Source: Dissulfurispiraceae bacterium
GTDB taxonomy: Bacteria; Nitrospirota; Thermodesulfovibrionia; Thermodesulfovibrionales; Dissulfurispiraceae
Length of the DNA: 64,000 nucleotides
Direction of reading: 5' to 3'
NCBI GenBank assembly: GCA_035477855.1
Contig: DATIKF010000179.1
Span: 22,390-86,389 of the forward strand
Within the stretch, counting starts at the first letter, position 1, and the number at the start of each line of letters is the position of its first letter. The notes under the pieces are model-generated. The model did not search any database, was not told where the DNA came from, and saw only the letters and a program-made list of their open reading frames with translations. Both the position numbers and the translations under genes were made by a program. Shown piece after piece: positions 27,241-35,881 of this stretch.

Positions 27241-28020
27241 TTAGATCAACACCGAACCGATAAAGTAGTCCCAGATTAAAATCATAACTGAAGAGGTGAC
27301 AACCGCATCCGTTGTCGCCTTGCTGACTCCCTCAGCACCAAAGCCTGCCTTATCTGCATGATATCCCTTGTAACAGCAAACCCAAGAGACAATAACGCCG
27401 AAACTAAGTGATTTATAGAGACCCATGCGGACATCTGACCACTCAACCATGTGATCCATCTCCGAAAAATACGTCCCCTCGCTCATCCCAAGCATCTTGA
27501 CCGCAACAAGGTAGCCGCCGTAAATTCCGACAACATCAAAAATGGCGGCAAGAAGAGGAAACACAAGAACAGCGGCAACCAGATTCGGAACCACAAGATA
27601 GCGAAGCGGATTCAAGGCCATCGAAAAAAGCGCGTCGATCTGCTCCGAGATGCGCATGATTCCGATTTCTGCGGTCAGAGCGGAACCGGCCCGTCCCGTA
27701 ATCATGAGCGCAGAAAGAACCGGCCCGAGTTCACGAATCAGACTGAGCGCAACAAACGGTCCAAGCAAGGATTCGGAGCCGACTTTACTCAGCGTATAAT
27801 ACAACTGCAGCGCAAGCACCATTCCGGTAAATGCACCTGTAATAATCACCACAACCATGGACTGGGTACCAAAGAAACGGATACGTCGCACGAATAATTT
27901 GAATTTGAATGGCGGAATAAAGCAGAGGGAAACAGCATTCAGAAGAAACAGAAACATATGCCCGAGCCGCCTTTGCAGCCCGAGAAACATAGCTCCAACC
28001 CCGCGAACAACCCGAACCAT
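27241..28020 (-). CDS. mlaE: MlaE ABC transporter permease
   Basis: 259 aa. Polytopic, with the family motif LIRELGPVLSALMITGRAGSALTAEIGIMRISEQIDAL. Confidence 0.9.
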   Translation of the reverse strand: MVRVVRGVGAMFLGLQRRLGHMFLFLLNAVSLCFIPPFKFKLFVRRIRFFGTQSMVVVIITGAFTGMVLALQLYYTLSKVGSESLLGPFVALSLIRELGPVLSALMITGRAGSALTAEIGIMRISEQIDALFSMALNPLRYLVVPNLVAAVLVFPLLAAIFDVVGIYGGYLVAVKMLGMSEGTYFSEMDHMVEWSDVRMGLYKSLSFGVIVSWVCCYKGYHADKAGFGAEGVSKATTDAVVTSSVMILIWDYFIGSVLI

Positions 28021-28049
28021 AAAGAGAAAACCGCCTTAATGTGCTATGT

Positions 28050-28069
28050 ATTATAGCAAGATTATACCA
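28050..28069 (-). promoter_or_regulatory. Candidate promoter of the mla operon (extended -10 TGgTATAAT followed by a second TATAAT)
   Basis: Minus strand reads ...CTTGCTGTGGTATAATCTTGCTATAATACA..., 30-45 nt upstream of the mlaE ATG. Confidence 0.35.
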
Positions 28070-28104
28070 CAGCAAGAGTGAGTGGCAACGCAAACGAAAC
28101 AAGA

Positions 28105-29034
28105 CTATATGCGCAGACTGCCGACAAGTTCGTTTACATCATTCACCTGTTCATCAGCAAGAAACTGCTCCAGTGCCTCGACAATCTCGACGGTTGCGGC
28201 CGGATTCACGAAATTGGCGGTGCCGACAGCTATGCCGCGTGCCCCGGCAATCAGAAATTCGAGCGCATCTGCTGCGGTCATAATCCCGCCCATGCCGATA
28301 ATCGGAATTTTTACAGCATTGAAGACTTCCCAGACCATGCGAACAGCAACAGGCTTGATGGCAGGCCCCGACAATCCGCCAACCTTGTTGGCAAGAACAG
28401 GACGGCGGGAGCGAATATCTATGGCCATACCGGTAATGGTATTAATCAGCGACACAGCGTCCGCTCCTGATTCTTCGGCTACTTTCGCCATGTACGCAAT
28501 GCTCGTCACATTGGGCGTGAGTTTTACGATAAGCGGAATGCGGCAGACCTTCCGGACCGCAGTGACCACCTCATGCAGGACTTTCGGGTCCGTCCCGAAT
28601 ACGCACCATCCCGCCTGCTTGTTAGGGCAGGAGACATTCATTTCAAGAGCATGAACCCCATCGGTTCGGCTGAGAGCATCCGCCACATGAATATACTCAT
28701 CGACAGAATCGCCGAAAAAATTACAGATTACTTTTGTATCAAACCGGCGCAGAAAAGGCATTTTTTCTGCAATAAACCGGTCAACCCCGATGTTCTGCAG
28801 TCCAATGGCGTTGAGCATGCCGGAGGCTGTTTCAACGATGCGCGGAACCGGATTCCCTTCCTTCGGCTTGAGAGAAAGTCCTTTGACAACAACAGCACCG
28901 AGTCTGTTCAGATCGACGAATTCCGCATATTCTTCACCATAACCGAACGTTCCGGAAGCGGTCATGACCGGATTTTTCAAAATCACGCCGCCGATATTTA
29001 CCGAAAGAGACGGTATCATCACTGACCCTCCCAC
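28105..29034 (-). CDS. pyrD: Dihydroorotate dehydrogenase, class 1B catalytic subunit
   Basis: 309 aa. NPVMTASGTFGYG..., active-site loop MNVSCPN, GGLSGPAIKP, IIGMGGI. Confidence 0.93.
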   Translation of the reverse strand: MGGSVMIPSLSVNIGGVILKNPVMTASGTFGYGEEYAEFVDLNRLGAVVVKGLSLKPKEGNPVPRIVETASGMLNAIGLQNIGVDRFIAEKMPFLRRFDTKVICNFFGDSVDEYIHVADALSRTDGVHALEMNVSCPNKQAGWCVFGTDPKVLHEVVTAVRKVCRIPLIVKLTPNVTSIAYMAKVAEESGADAVSLINTITGMAIDIRSRRPVLANKVGGLSGPAIKPVAVRMVWEVFNAVKIPIIGMGGIMTAADALEFLIAGARGIAVGTANFVNPAATVEIVEALEQFLADEQVNDVNELVGSLRI

Positions 29035-29813
29035 ACCACCGTCGACGCATCAAACACCGGACCGTCCTTGCAGACGCTTCTGAATCTGCCTTCGTGACTC
29101 TCCGCGTCCCTTATCTTTACAACGCAGCCGAGACAGGCACCAACCCCGCAAGCCATATATGCTTCAAGCGATACAAAACATCGGGCGCCAGCATCAGCGC
29201 AGATTGCAGCGACCGCCTTCATCATCGGATTGGAGCCGCACACATAGACAGGCAGGTGGGTATTGACGGCAAGATATTCCCTGAAGGGCTCCGTTACCAT
29301 GGATTTCCTGCCTGCGGAACCGTCATCTGTCGTGATAACCGCATTCCTGACGAGTCCCCCGACAGTTTCGGTCATCAACAGCTCACCGGCGGTGCGACCA
29401 CCCCAGAAAAGGGCTGCCCTTCCGGTTGCTGCGCCAAGCAGTGAAAACAGTGATGCGATGCCGATGCCGCCGGCAACCGCAATGAACTCACCCGACGGCA
29501 TCGGATATGCATTGCCGAGCGGCCCGATAAGGGAAATGGTTTCATTTTCGCGCAGTGCAGCTATTGCGCGAGTGCCTTTTCCGCGAATGCGGTAAAGAAA
29601 TGAAATTGAACCGTTCTCAGCAGAGAGATAGCTGAAGGGTCTTTTCAGCAGCGGGTCGTGCGTAGCTCCGGCCTGAAGCATATAAAACTGGCCGGGAACC
29701 GGGACTGCAACAGGTTGAAGCGGCTGCAGCGTGAGCATGCGAAAGCCTGTATTGACATCCCGGTGTTCTAAGACGCAGGCGCGGAATGATTTAGACAAAA
29801 TGGATCTCAACAA
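29019..29813 (-). CDS. pyrK: Dihydroorotate dehydrogenase electron-transfer subunit (FAD/2Fe-2S)
   Basis: 264 aa. RPFSY flavin motif, C-terminal cluster MACGVGACLGCVV. Confidence 0.88.
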   Translation of the reverse strand: MLRSILSKSFRACVLEHRDVNTGFRMLTLQPLQPVAVPVPGQFYMLQAGATHDPLLKRPFSYLSAENGSISFLYRIRGKGTRAIAALRENETISLIGPLGNAYPMPSGEFIAVAGGIGIASLFSLLGAATGRAALFWGGRTAGELLMTETVGGLVRNAVITTDDGSAGRKSMVTEPFREYLAVNTHLPVYVCGSNPMMKAVAAICADAGARCFVSLEAYMACGVGACLGCVVKIRDAESHEGRFRSVCKDGPVFDASTVVWEGQ

Positions 29814-30264
29814 TTTCGTATTCGATAGTACGGGCAGGTGCCTTCACAATAACAGTATCTCCAAGTTCCTTTCCGATAAGCGACCTGCCGACCGGCGAGG
29901 TGATGGATATCTTGCCGCTCTTCACATCAGCTTCTTCCATGCCGACGAGAGTAAAAACGTACTCCAGATCAGTCTCGACATCAAGAACCTTGACGGTTGC
30001 TCCGAACGCAATCTTCGCCTGGTTGATTGTTGACGGATCAATAACATCAGCAACGGCAAGTTTGCCCTGCAGTTCCTGAAGACGGCCCTCTATAAACGAC
30101 TGGCGCTCCTTTGCCGCATGATATTCTGCATTTTCAGACAGATCTCCATGCGCCCGGGCTTCTTCAATGTCCCGTATATTTTTTGGTCGGTCAATCCGCA
30201 GAAGCCGGTCAAGCTCATCTTTAATCTTCTGATAGCCGTCCGGTGTTAGTGGAACTCGTTTCAT
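29791..30264 (-). CDS. greA: Transcription elongation factor GreA
   Basis: MKRVPLTPDGYQKIKDELDRL...ARAHGDLSENAEYHAAKERQ...ISITSPVGRSLIGK. Start moved to ATG 30264. Confidence 0.92.
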   Translation of the reverse strand: MKRVPLTPDGYQKIKDELDRLLRIDRPKNIRDIEEARAHGDLSENAEYHAAKERQSFIEGRLQELQGKLAVADVIDPSTINQAKIAFGATVKVLDVETDLEYVFTLVGMEEADVKSGKISITSPVGRSLIGKELGDTVIVKAPARTIEYEIVEIHFV

Positions 30265-30353
30265 GCTGAAAGATGTCCTCCTCTTTCGAAAAAACGGAAC
30301 TCTTAACGATACCATTACAGACCTTTTTTTTAAAAGACGGAGGTGTCAAGAAA

Positions 30354-30776
30354 CTACTTTAGGGGGTTGGGTAGAGGTGTCCTGAACGAGAGATTTTCGT
30401 CGTCGCTCAGGAATTGCGCGCCGAGAAGCTTGACACTGTTGATCACTATCGGCGCGCGCAGATTCACACAGGCACCCGCGGCGTCTGCGGAGACAATGGC
30501 AAAAACAACAAGAGACTGCGGATCGACGATCTGCAGAACCGCCTCCAGATCGTCGCTCAGCCTGAAAGCATACTCGGGGAAAAGCGAGAACGGCTCCGTC
30601 ACGATAAACGCAAGATCCGCATCGTCAGCAGCCTGAAGCCACCAGATATTCTCTGCATGCTCAATAAGAAAAAACTGTTTTGCCGAGCTGAACCCGGGGA
30701 TACCAAGCGGAAAGGAAAGTATCCGCTCCTCTTCAACCTCAAGCTCGCCAAAACGGGTTGTCTGAATTTTCAGCAT
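30354..30776 (-). CDS. fliW: Flagellar assembly factor FliW (CsrA antagonist)
   Basis: 140 aa. IQTTRFGELEVEEERILSFPLGIPGF...FFLIEH...WWLQA...FIVTEPF. Confidence 0.9.
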   Translation of the reverse strand: MLKIQTTRFGELEVEEERILSFPLGIPGFSSAKQFFLIEHAENIWWLQAADDADLAFIVTEPFSLFPEYAFRLSDDLEAVLQIVDPQSLVVFAIVSADAAGACVNLRAPIVINSVKLLGAQFLSDDENLSFRTPLPNPLK

Positions 30777-30787
30777 ATGTTCCCTTG

Positions 30788-31012
30788 CTATCTCTTTATT
30801 TCCAGAAAGTCCTTCAGGCGCTCCATATCGAGCTTTGCGGCTTCCCTGTTCAACTGCTTCAGCTTGTCGTACAACTCCTCGCGATAAATGGGCATATCAC
30901 GCGGAGCATCAATGCCTATTTTTACAAATCCGTTGCCGATTTCGAGAATCCTGACCTTGATCTGATCGCCGATGGCTATCGTCTGTTCAGGCTTCCGCGT
31001 AAGAACGAGCAT
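30788..31012 (-). CDS. csrA: Carbon storage regulator CsrA (long, FliW-binding type)
   Basis: MLVLTRKPEQTIAIGDQIKVRILEIGNGFVKIGIDAPRDMPIYREELY plus a C-terminal extension. Confidence 0.93.
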   Translation of the reverse strand: MLVLTRKPEQTIAIGDQIKVRILEIGNGFVKIGIDAPRDMPIYREELYDKLKQLNREAAKLDMERLKDFLEIKR

Positions 31013-31022
31013 TCATCATCCT

Positions 31023-32390
31023 TTAGCGAATGAAATCAAAAAGACTGGTGCGGAATGTATCGCGTGATGCCGTTCTCAATGCCTCCAGAGCCGTCTGGCG
31101 CTGTTGCATCTCGGAAACAACACGGGGATAGTCGGCATCCTGATCGTTGCTGAGAGTCACGTTCGTATCGTCCTCCCGCGCGCCGAGATAGCTCTTTTCA
31201 GCATCCAGCTTGTTGAGACGGGCGCCGACCTCTGCATGCAACTGGGATACGTTCTCGGAGACAGCCGCAAGGTAGTCTATCCCTTTGCGCACACGCGCCT
31301 GATCATTATTGTTCAGCGCTTCGTTCAGGAAATGCAGCGCCCGAAGGATATTATTCTCATTCAGATAGTTGTTGTTGAAGTTGAAATAATTCGCGTTCGC
31401 CGTATCCGTGATGTAATTATAGTTTACAATATTGTTCTGAAGCGACATGTTTTTCGATGCTGTATCGTAGTTCAGTGCGGAGACCAGATTCGCATCGCCA
31501 GCTGCAGTAATTGACACCTGATCTTCAGACCCGACCCGCACCGGAGCGATAACAATACGGTAGTCCGTTGAGGTGTTGGACACATCCACAACCTGAGCGC
31601 GCACCGAACCGGCGGCCTGCAGGTTTATGGCAGCAGCAATGTCGTTGAGACTGGCATTTGCAGCAATGGTTACCGGCACTGCAGCTGTTGACGAACCGAC
31701 ACGAACCGACAATGTCCCGCCACCGGCCCCGACGAATGCCGCAGCAGGATTGGCGACCACAGCGCCTCCGGAGACAAGGCCGCCTAGGGGGTCGGGATCG
31801 GTCACTGCCCCGCTGTAGGGCGGCAAAACCTGTGTTGGCGTGCCAGAGAAGCTGAACAGAGCGCTTGCAGGAATATTGGCTGCAACTTTCACGCTCGGAC
31901 TGATATCAAGCTCAAAAAGATTGGAGTCACCCTGAAACTCTCCGGTGTTTGCGTCGATTGGCGCAATATTTGTCTGGTAGCCCGAAAAAATATACCGATC
32001 CCCGACTTTCGTATTTGCTATGCCGATTGCACTTTCCAGCAGAGCCTTGACTTCCTTGCCGATAGCTATCCTGGAACTGGCATCGACCGTTGCGTTTGCA
32101 CCCTGAACAGCAAGCTCGCGTCCCCGCGTAAGCACTTCCGCAAGATTGCTAAAGCTGCCGTCGAGCGCCCCCAAATAGCTATTTGCCGAATCGATGGAGC
32201 GGTTATACTGCCCGATTGAAAGAAGCGTTGCCTTGTATCCGACAATGCGTGCCATGCCGGCGGGATCGTCGGACGGGCGGTTAATACGCTTTCCGGTCGA
32301 AAGCTTCTCATTGGCGTCATACATCGCACTGAGATTTTTCTGCAGATCTGACAGAAAGCGGTCATAAAACATTTTTGTTGTAACGCGCAT
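31023..32390 (-). CDS. flgL: Flagellar hook-associated protein 3 (hook-filament junction)
   Basis: 455 aa. Flagellin-like N-terminus (MRVTTKMFYDRFLSDLQKN...GKRINRPSDDPAG) and C-terminus. Follows flgK. Confidence 0.85.
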   Translation of the reverse strand: MRVTTKMFYDRFLSDLQKNLSAMYDANEKLSTGKRINRPSDDPAGMARIVGYKATLLSIGQYNRSIDSANSYLGALDGSFSNLAEVLTRGRELAVQGANATVDASSRIAIGKEVKALLESAIGIANTKVGDRYIFSGYQTNIAPIDANTGEFQGDSNLFELDISPSVKVAANIPASALFSFSGTPTQVLPPYSGAVTDPDPLGGLVSGGAVVANPAAAFVGAGGGTLSVRVGSSTAAVPVTIAANASLNDIAAAINLQAAGSVRAQVVDVSNTSTDYRIVIAPVRVGSEDQVSITAAGDANLVSALNYDTASKNMSLQNNIVNYNYITDTANANYFNFNNNYLNENNILRALHFLNEALNNNDQARVRKGIDYLAAVSENVSQLHAEVGARLNKLDAEKSYLGAREDDTNVTLSNDQDADYPRVVSEMQQRQTALEALRTASRDTFRTSLFDFIR

Positions 32391-32392
32391 GG

Positions 32393-34375
32393 CTATCTAC
32401 CTATCATATTCAGCAGCGTATCCAGCATTTCATCAGCAACTGATATCATTTTGGCCGCGGCCTCATACGACTTCTGAAATTTGATAAGATTGGCAGCCTC
32501 TTCGTCAAGATTAACACCCGAAAGCTCCTGGCGGCGGGACTCAAGCTGCTCCACCAAAGTATTCTGAGCGCGCAGACTTGTTTTTGCAGAACCGGCTTTC
32601 ACACCCACATCGGATACGATTGACTGATAATAATCCGCCGGCCTGCTTCCCGAAATAATCGGCCTGCTGAAAAGATTAGCCAGAAGACTCGCGTTCACGT
32701 TGTCGCCCGGCACGTTCGGGTATACAGATGAGCCCGTGACAGTACCGGCAGGCTGAAGCGTAGTGATACTGCTGAAGCCGAAAAGACCCTTGGCAGTCGT
32801 GGTAGTGTTTGTCCAGTCGATGACAACCGTGCTGCCGCCGGCATTTGTGATGCTGTATTGATGCGATGCCGCATTGTAAGTCACGGTATAGCTTCCGCTC
32901 CCCGCTGTTTCCATGGCCTGCTTCAAAGCATCGGCAAGCGACTGCCGGGTGTACGGTTCGATTTCCGGAGTGGACGGATTCGCATCGATAGGAATTTTTG
33001 CCGTTGTATACGTTGCGCCGCCGTCCTCGCTGAAACGGACAATATTATTGGCGCTTGTTACCGTAACGAGATCTCCGGCTGCTGCAGCGATTTTTCTGGG
33101 GTCGTTCACAGCAACGGAAATATCTCGCGCCGCATTCTGATTCATGTATACAGTAAACTGTTCATCGCCGCCGGCAGACCCGCTGAACTTCACGGCTATG
33201 CCGTTATATGTCAGCATTTGGGTTGCCGCATCATAACTGCTCGCAACCGAACCGGCCGGCGTCGACACAGAAAAAGATGCCGTCGCCGCAGTGTACTGGA
33301 TTGCATAGACCGTATAATCAGGAATCGGCGTGCTGCCGAGAGAAACGAAAGCCACCGACAGCCCGCCGACAGAGCTATCCGTCGTCTTGACCACGGATGA
33401 AAAAAAGTCATTCCCCGTGGAACCGTCGAGCCCGTAGCCGATGCGATGGTAATAATTGATCTGGTCTGCCAGTGAGATGGCAAATGTATTCAGCTTCTCC
33501 AGCACCCCGACAATGGTGGTGTCGCGCAGGTCAAGATTGGCCTTCAGGGCACCTGCCTGCACAAGGGAGGTGACATCGCGGGCAACCGGCTCCCCGGTTA
33601 TATTCACATAAATCCGCATATTCTGTGTTGACGGATCAATGCCGGTGCTCATGCTGTACGCTCTTCCACCGTCAACTACGGGAGTTCCGCCAATCAATAT
33701 GGAATAGCGTCCCTGATTGTCTTCAAATGTGGTAACGCGTACAATCTGGTTCAGCTCCTCAAGCAACAAATCGCGCTGATCCTTCAGATCATGGCTTCCC
33801 GGATTTGAAGCGATTTTGTCATTGAGCTCTGCGATACGGCTTGCAATACTATTTGCGCTGCTCATCAGCGTCTGACTTCCCTGGAATATCCTGGTCCGTT
33901 CCTCATCAAGAGAACTTGCCGCCCTGTTGATTCGCGTTGCCAGATACTCAGCCTTATTGATAAGCAGTGTCCGCTGTGCATATGCTTCCGGATACTGGGA
34001 AACCTCCTGCCATGCGTTAAAGAAATCAGCAATTGCCGGATAAATGCCGGTATCGGAGGCTTCATTGAACATATTCTCCACGTTGACCATGCCTGACTTG
34101 TAGGTTTCCCAATAAGAAAGGTTCGCCTTTTCGGTAATCATCTGCAGGCTGGTAAACGAGTCATACATCCGTTGCACGCCGCTCACGCTGACACCGCGAC
34201 CGCTTACGCCGCTTGCCACCACAAGGCCTCCGTTCGGAATATTCTCAAGGACGACGCTCTGTCTGTTGTACCCAGGAGTTGCGGAATTTGCCACGTTATG
34301 CGCGGTTGTATCAAGCGCACGGCGTGTCGCAAGCAAGGAAGTTCTTCCGATATCAAAAAGACTGAGTATCGACAT
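32393..34375 (-). CDS. flgK: Flagellar hook-associated protein 1
   Basis: 660 aa. MSILSLFDIGRTSLLATRRALDTTAHNVANSATPGYNRQ... and a C-terminal SGVNLDEEAANLIKFQKSYEAAAK. Confidence 0.9.
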   Translation of the reverse strand: MSILSLFDIGRTSLLATRRALDTTAHNVANSATPGYNRQSVVLENIPNGGLVVASGVSGRGVSVSGVQRMYDSFTSLQMITEKANLSYWETYKSGMVNVENMFNEASDTGIYPAIADFFNAWQEVSQYPEAYAQRTLLINKAEYLATRINRAASSLDEERTRIFQGSQTLMSSANSIASRIAELNDKIASNPGSHDLKDQRDLLLEELNQIVRVTTFEDNQGRYSILIGGTPVVDGGRAYSMSTGIDPSTQNMRIYVNITGEPVARDVTSLVQAGALKANLDLRDTTIVGVLEKLNTFAISLADQINYYHRIGYGLDGSTGNDFFSSVVKTTDSSVGGLSVAFVSLGSTPIPDYTVYAIQYTAATASFSVSTPAGSVASSYDAATQMLTYNGIAVKFSGSAGGDEQFTVYMNQNAARDISVAVNDPRKIAAAAGDLVTVTSANNIVRFSEDGGATYTTAKIPIDANPSTPEIEPYTRQSLADALKQAMETAGSGSYTVTYNAASHQYSITNAGGSTVVIDWTNTTTTAKGLFGFSSITTLQPAGTVTGSSVYPNVPGDNVNASLLANLFSRPIISGSRPADYYQSIVSDVGVKAGSAKTSLRAQNTLVEQLESRRQELSGVNLDEEAANLIKFQKSYEAAAKMISVADEMLDTLLNMIGR

Positions 34376-34813
34376 TCAGGCCTCCACAGAGAGCTGCCGC
34401 TTGGGCTGAATGCCGAGCGAATCGAGGAAATTATAGGACGTTTTCACGTACTGAAGTGATTTGTCTATCAATACGCCGTTGAAGCGGTTCAGTTCGGCGA
34501 TGCTGACGACAATCGCCTTGAACTTCGAGGCAAGGCCGGTCAGCCGCTCTCGGTAGTTGTTATCGGCCAACTGCGCAACGTCAGATATGGTCCTGCCGGC
34601 AAACCCGAGAGAAACAAGAACACGCTCACGCGATTCATCGCAGAGGCGAATACCGGCCACTATGGTTTCCTTTTCGCGCAGCAGCAGTTCCAGTGCGGCG
34701 GGATCGAGACCGACAATCACGTCCCTCTCCTTCTGCAACAGCCCTACAAGCAGGATGCAGAGTTCAAACTCCTTCTCCAGAACTCCAATCAGTTCATCAT
34801 ACAATGGCATCAA
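34376..34813 (-). CDS. flgN: FlgN-family flagellar export chaperone
   Basis: 145 aa, helical. LYDELIGVLEKEFELCILLVGLLQKERDVIV is an FlgN-like N-terminus. Sits between flgM and flgK. Confidence 0.65.
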   Translation of the reverse strand: MMPLYDELIGVLEKEFELCILLVGLLQKERDVIVGLDPAALELLLREKETIVAGIRLCDESRERVLVSLGFAGRTISDVAQLADNNYRERLTGLASKFKAIVVSIAELNRFNGVLIDKSLQYVKTSYNFLDSLGIQPKRQLSVEA

Positions 34814-35096
34814 GGATAACCTCCTTCAGCAACTTGTCCGCAACCATCTCTCCCCGAACCGAATACGTCCCTGACTCCAGTGCATTCCGGATGTTTTCTA
34901 CTTTATCGGTCCGGACATCCGGCAAGTCACTCACTGCCGCAGTCAGCCGACTCATCTCCTCTGCGCCGCGGGAAAGCGTAATCTGATCTCCGCCAGCCGG
35001 AATATCGACCGATTCCGCCGCTTTCTTCTGGGAAACTGAGAACTCCGGCTGTTTCAGCTCCGGGCTTTTCAGCCCTTCTGCTTTCCTGACATCCAT
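34797..35096 (-). CDS. flgM: Anti-sigma-28 factor FlgM
   Basis: 99 aa. C-terminal VRTDKVENIRNALESGTYSVRGEMVADKLL is typical of FlgM. Confidence 0.78.
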   Translation of the reverse strand: MDVRKAEGLKSPELKQPEFSVSQKKAAESVDIPAGGDQITLSRGAEEMSRLTAAVSDLPDVRTDKVENIRNALESGTYSVRGEMVADKLLKEVILDAIV

Positions 35097-35140
35097 TGCG
35101 GCACCTCCTGGATAGAATAGGCTGTTGCCTGTAATGTATT

Positions 35141-35167
35141 ATATCGGAGGAATTCCGCCAAACCTTA
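35141..35167 (-). promoter_or_regulatory. Sigma-28 (FliA)-type promoter upstream of flgM
   Basis: Minus strand reads TAAGGTTT-12 nt-CCGATATA (consensus TAAAGTTT-N11/12-GCCGATAA), about 45 nt upstream of the flgM ATG. It overlaps the flgJ stop codon. Confidence 0.5.
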
Positions 35168-35881
35168 GCCGATTACTCCCAGTGCTTCTGACGGATCAAC
35201 CGCCACCCCATCCATACGAACTTCAAAGTGAATGTGGGGACCGGTCGTTCGCCCGCTTGATCCTGACAATGCAATTGCAGTGCCAGATTTGATGCTGTCG
35301 CCGACATTCACAAGATTGCGTGAATTATGGCCGTAAAGTGTTGTGACTCCGTTGCCGTGATCAATAACGACACAATTCCCATATCCATTTGCAACTCCGC
35401 TGAAAACTACTTTTCCGTCTGCTGCGGTCTGCACGGGCGTGTTCTCCGGAACAGCGATGTCGATGCCTGAATGTTTGCGCATTTTCCCATCAATCGGATC
35501 CAGCCTGAGGCCGAATCTGGAGCTAATCCGCCCTTGCGACGGCGGCTGATAATCTTCAGCATCTGGGAGCAGTCCGGAAACAGGCGGACTGCCCGAACTG
35601 TCACGTCTTGATTTAATACTCTCTTGATTTTTAATCAGAAAATCTCCAAATCCGAGTCCCTGCTCTGTCAGTGAATCAGCCATATGGCCGATAATGACCG
35701 GCAGGAAACTTCCGATAGTCTTGTTTTTGGCAAACGAAGTCTGTCCGAACATGGCCTTCAGAAATTCATTCAAAAAAATCGTCTCGACCTTTTTTGCTAC
35801 AGCTGCAGGGTTCTGCCCGGACAGATTCCCTGCAGAATCTGGGCGTTGCTGCAACACCCCCGGAACAGATTGCGGTTTCAC
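35165..35881 (-). CDS. flgJ: FlgJ-like rod-binding domain fused to an M23 peptidase domain
   Basis: 238 aa. N-terminal rod-binding motif VAKKVETIFLNEFLKAMFGQTSF. C-terminal M23 HxxxD (KHSGIDIA) and HxH (GPHIHFEV). Confidence 0.8.
   Translation of the reverse strand: MKPQSVPGVLQQRPDSAGNLSGQNPAAVAKKVETIFLNEFLKAMFGQTSFAKNKTIGSFLPVIIGHMADSLTEQGLGFGDFLIKNQESIKSRRDSSGSPPVSGLLPDAEDYQPPSQGRISSRFGLRLDPIDGKMRKHSGIDIAVPENTPVQTAADGKVVFSGVANGYGNCVVIDHGNGVTTLYGHNSRNLVNVGDSIKSGTAIALSGSSGRTTGPHIHFEVRMDGVAVDPSEALGVIG

Noticed and set aside
27785-28102. 105-aa minus-strand ORF overlapping the mlaE 5' end and the upstream spacer.
   Set aside because: It is out of frame with mlaE, resembles no known protein, and its start lies in the putative promoter region.
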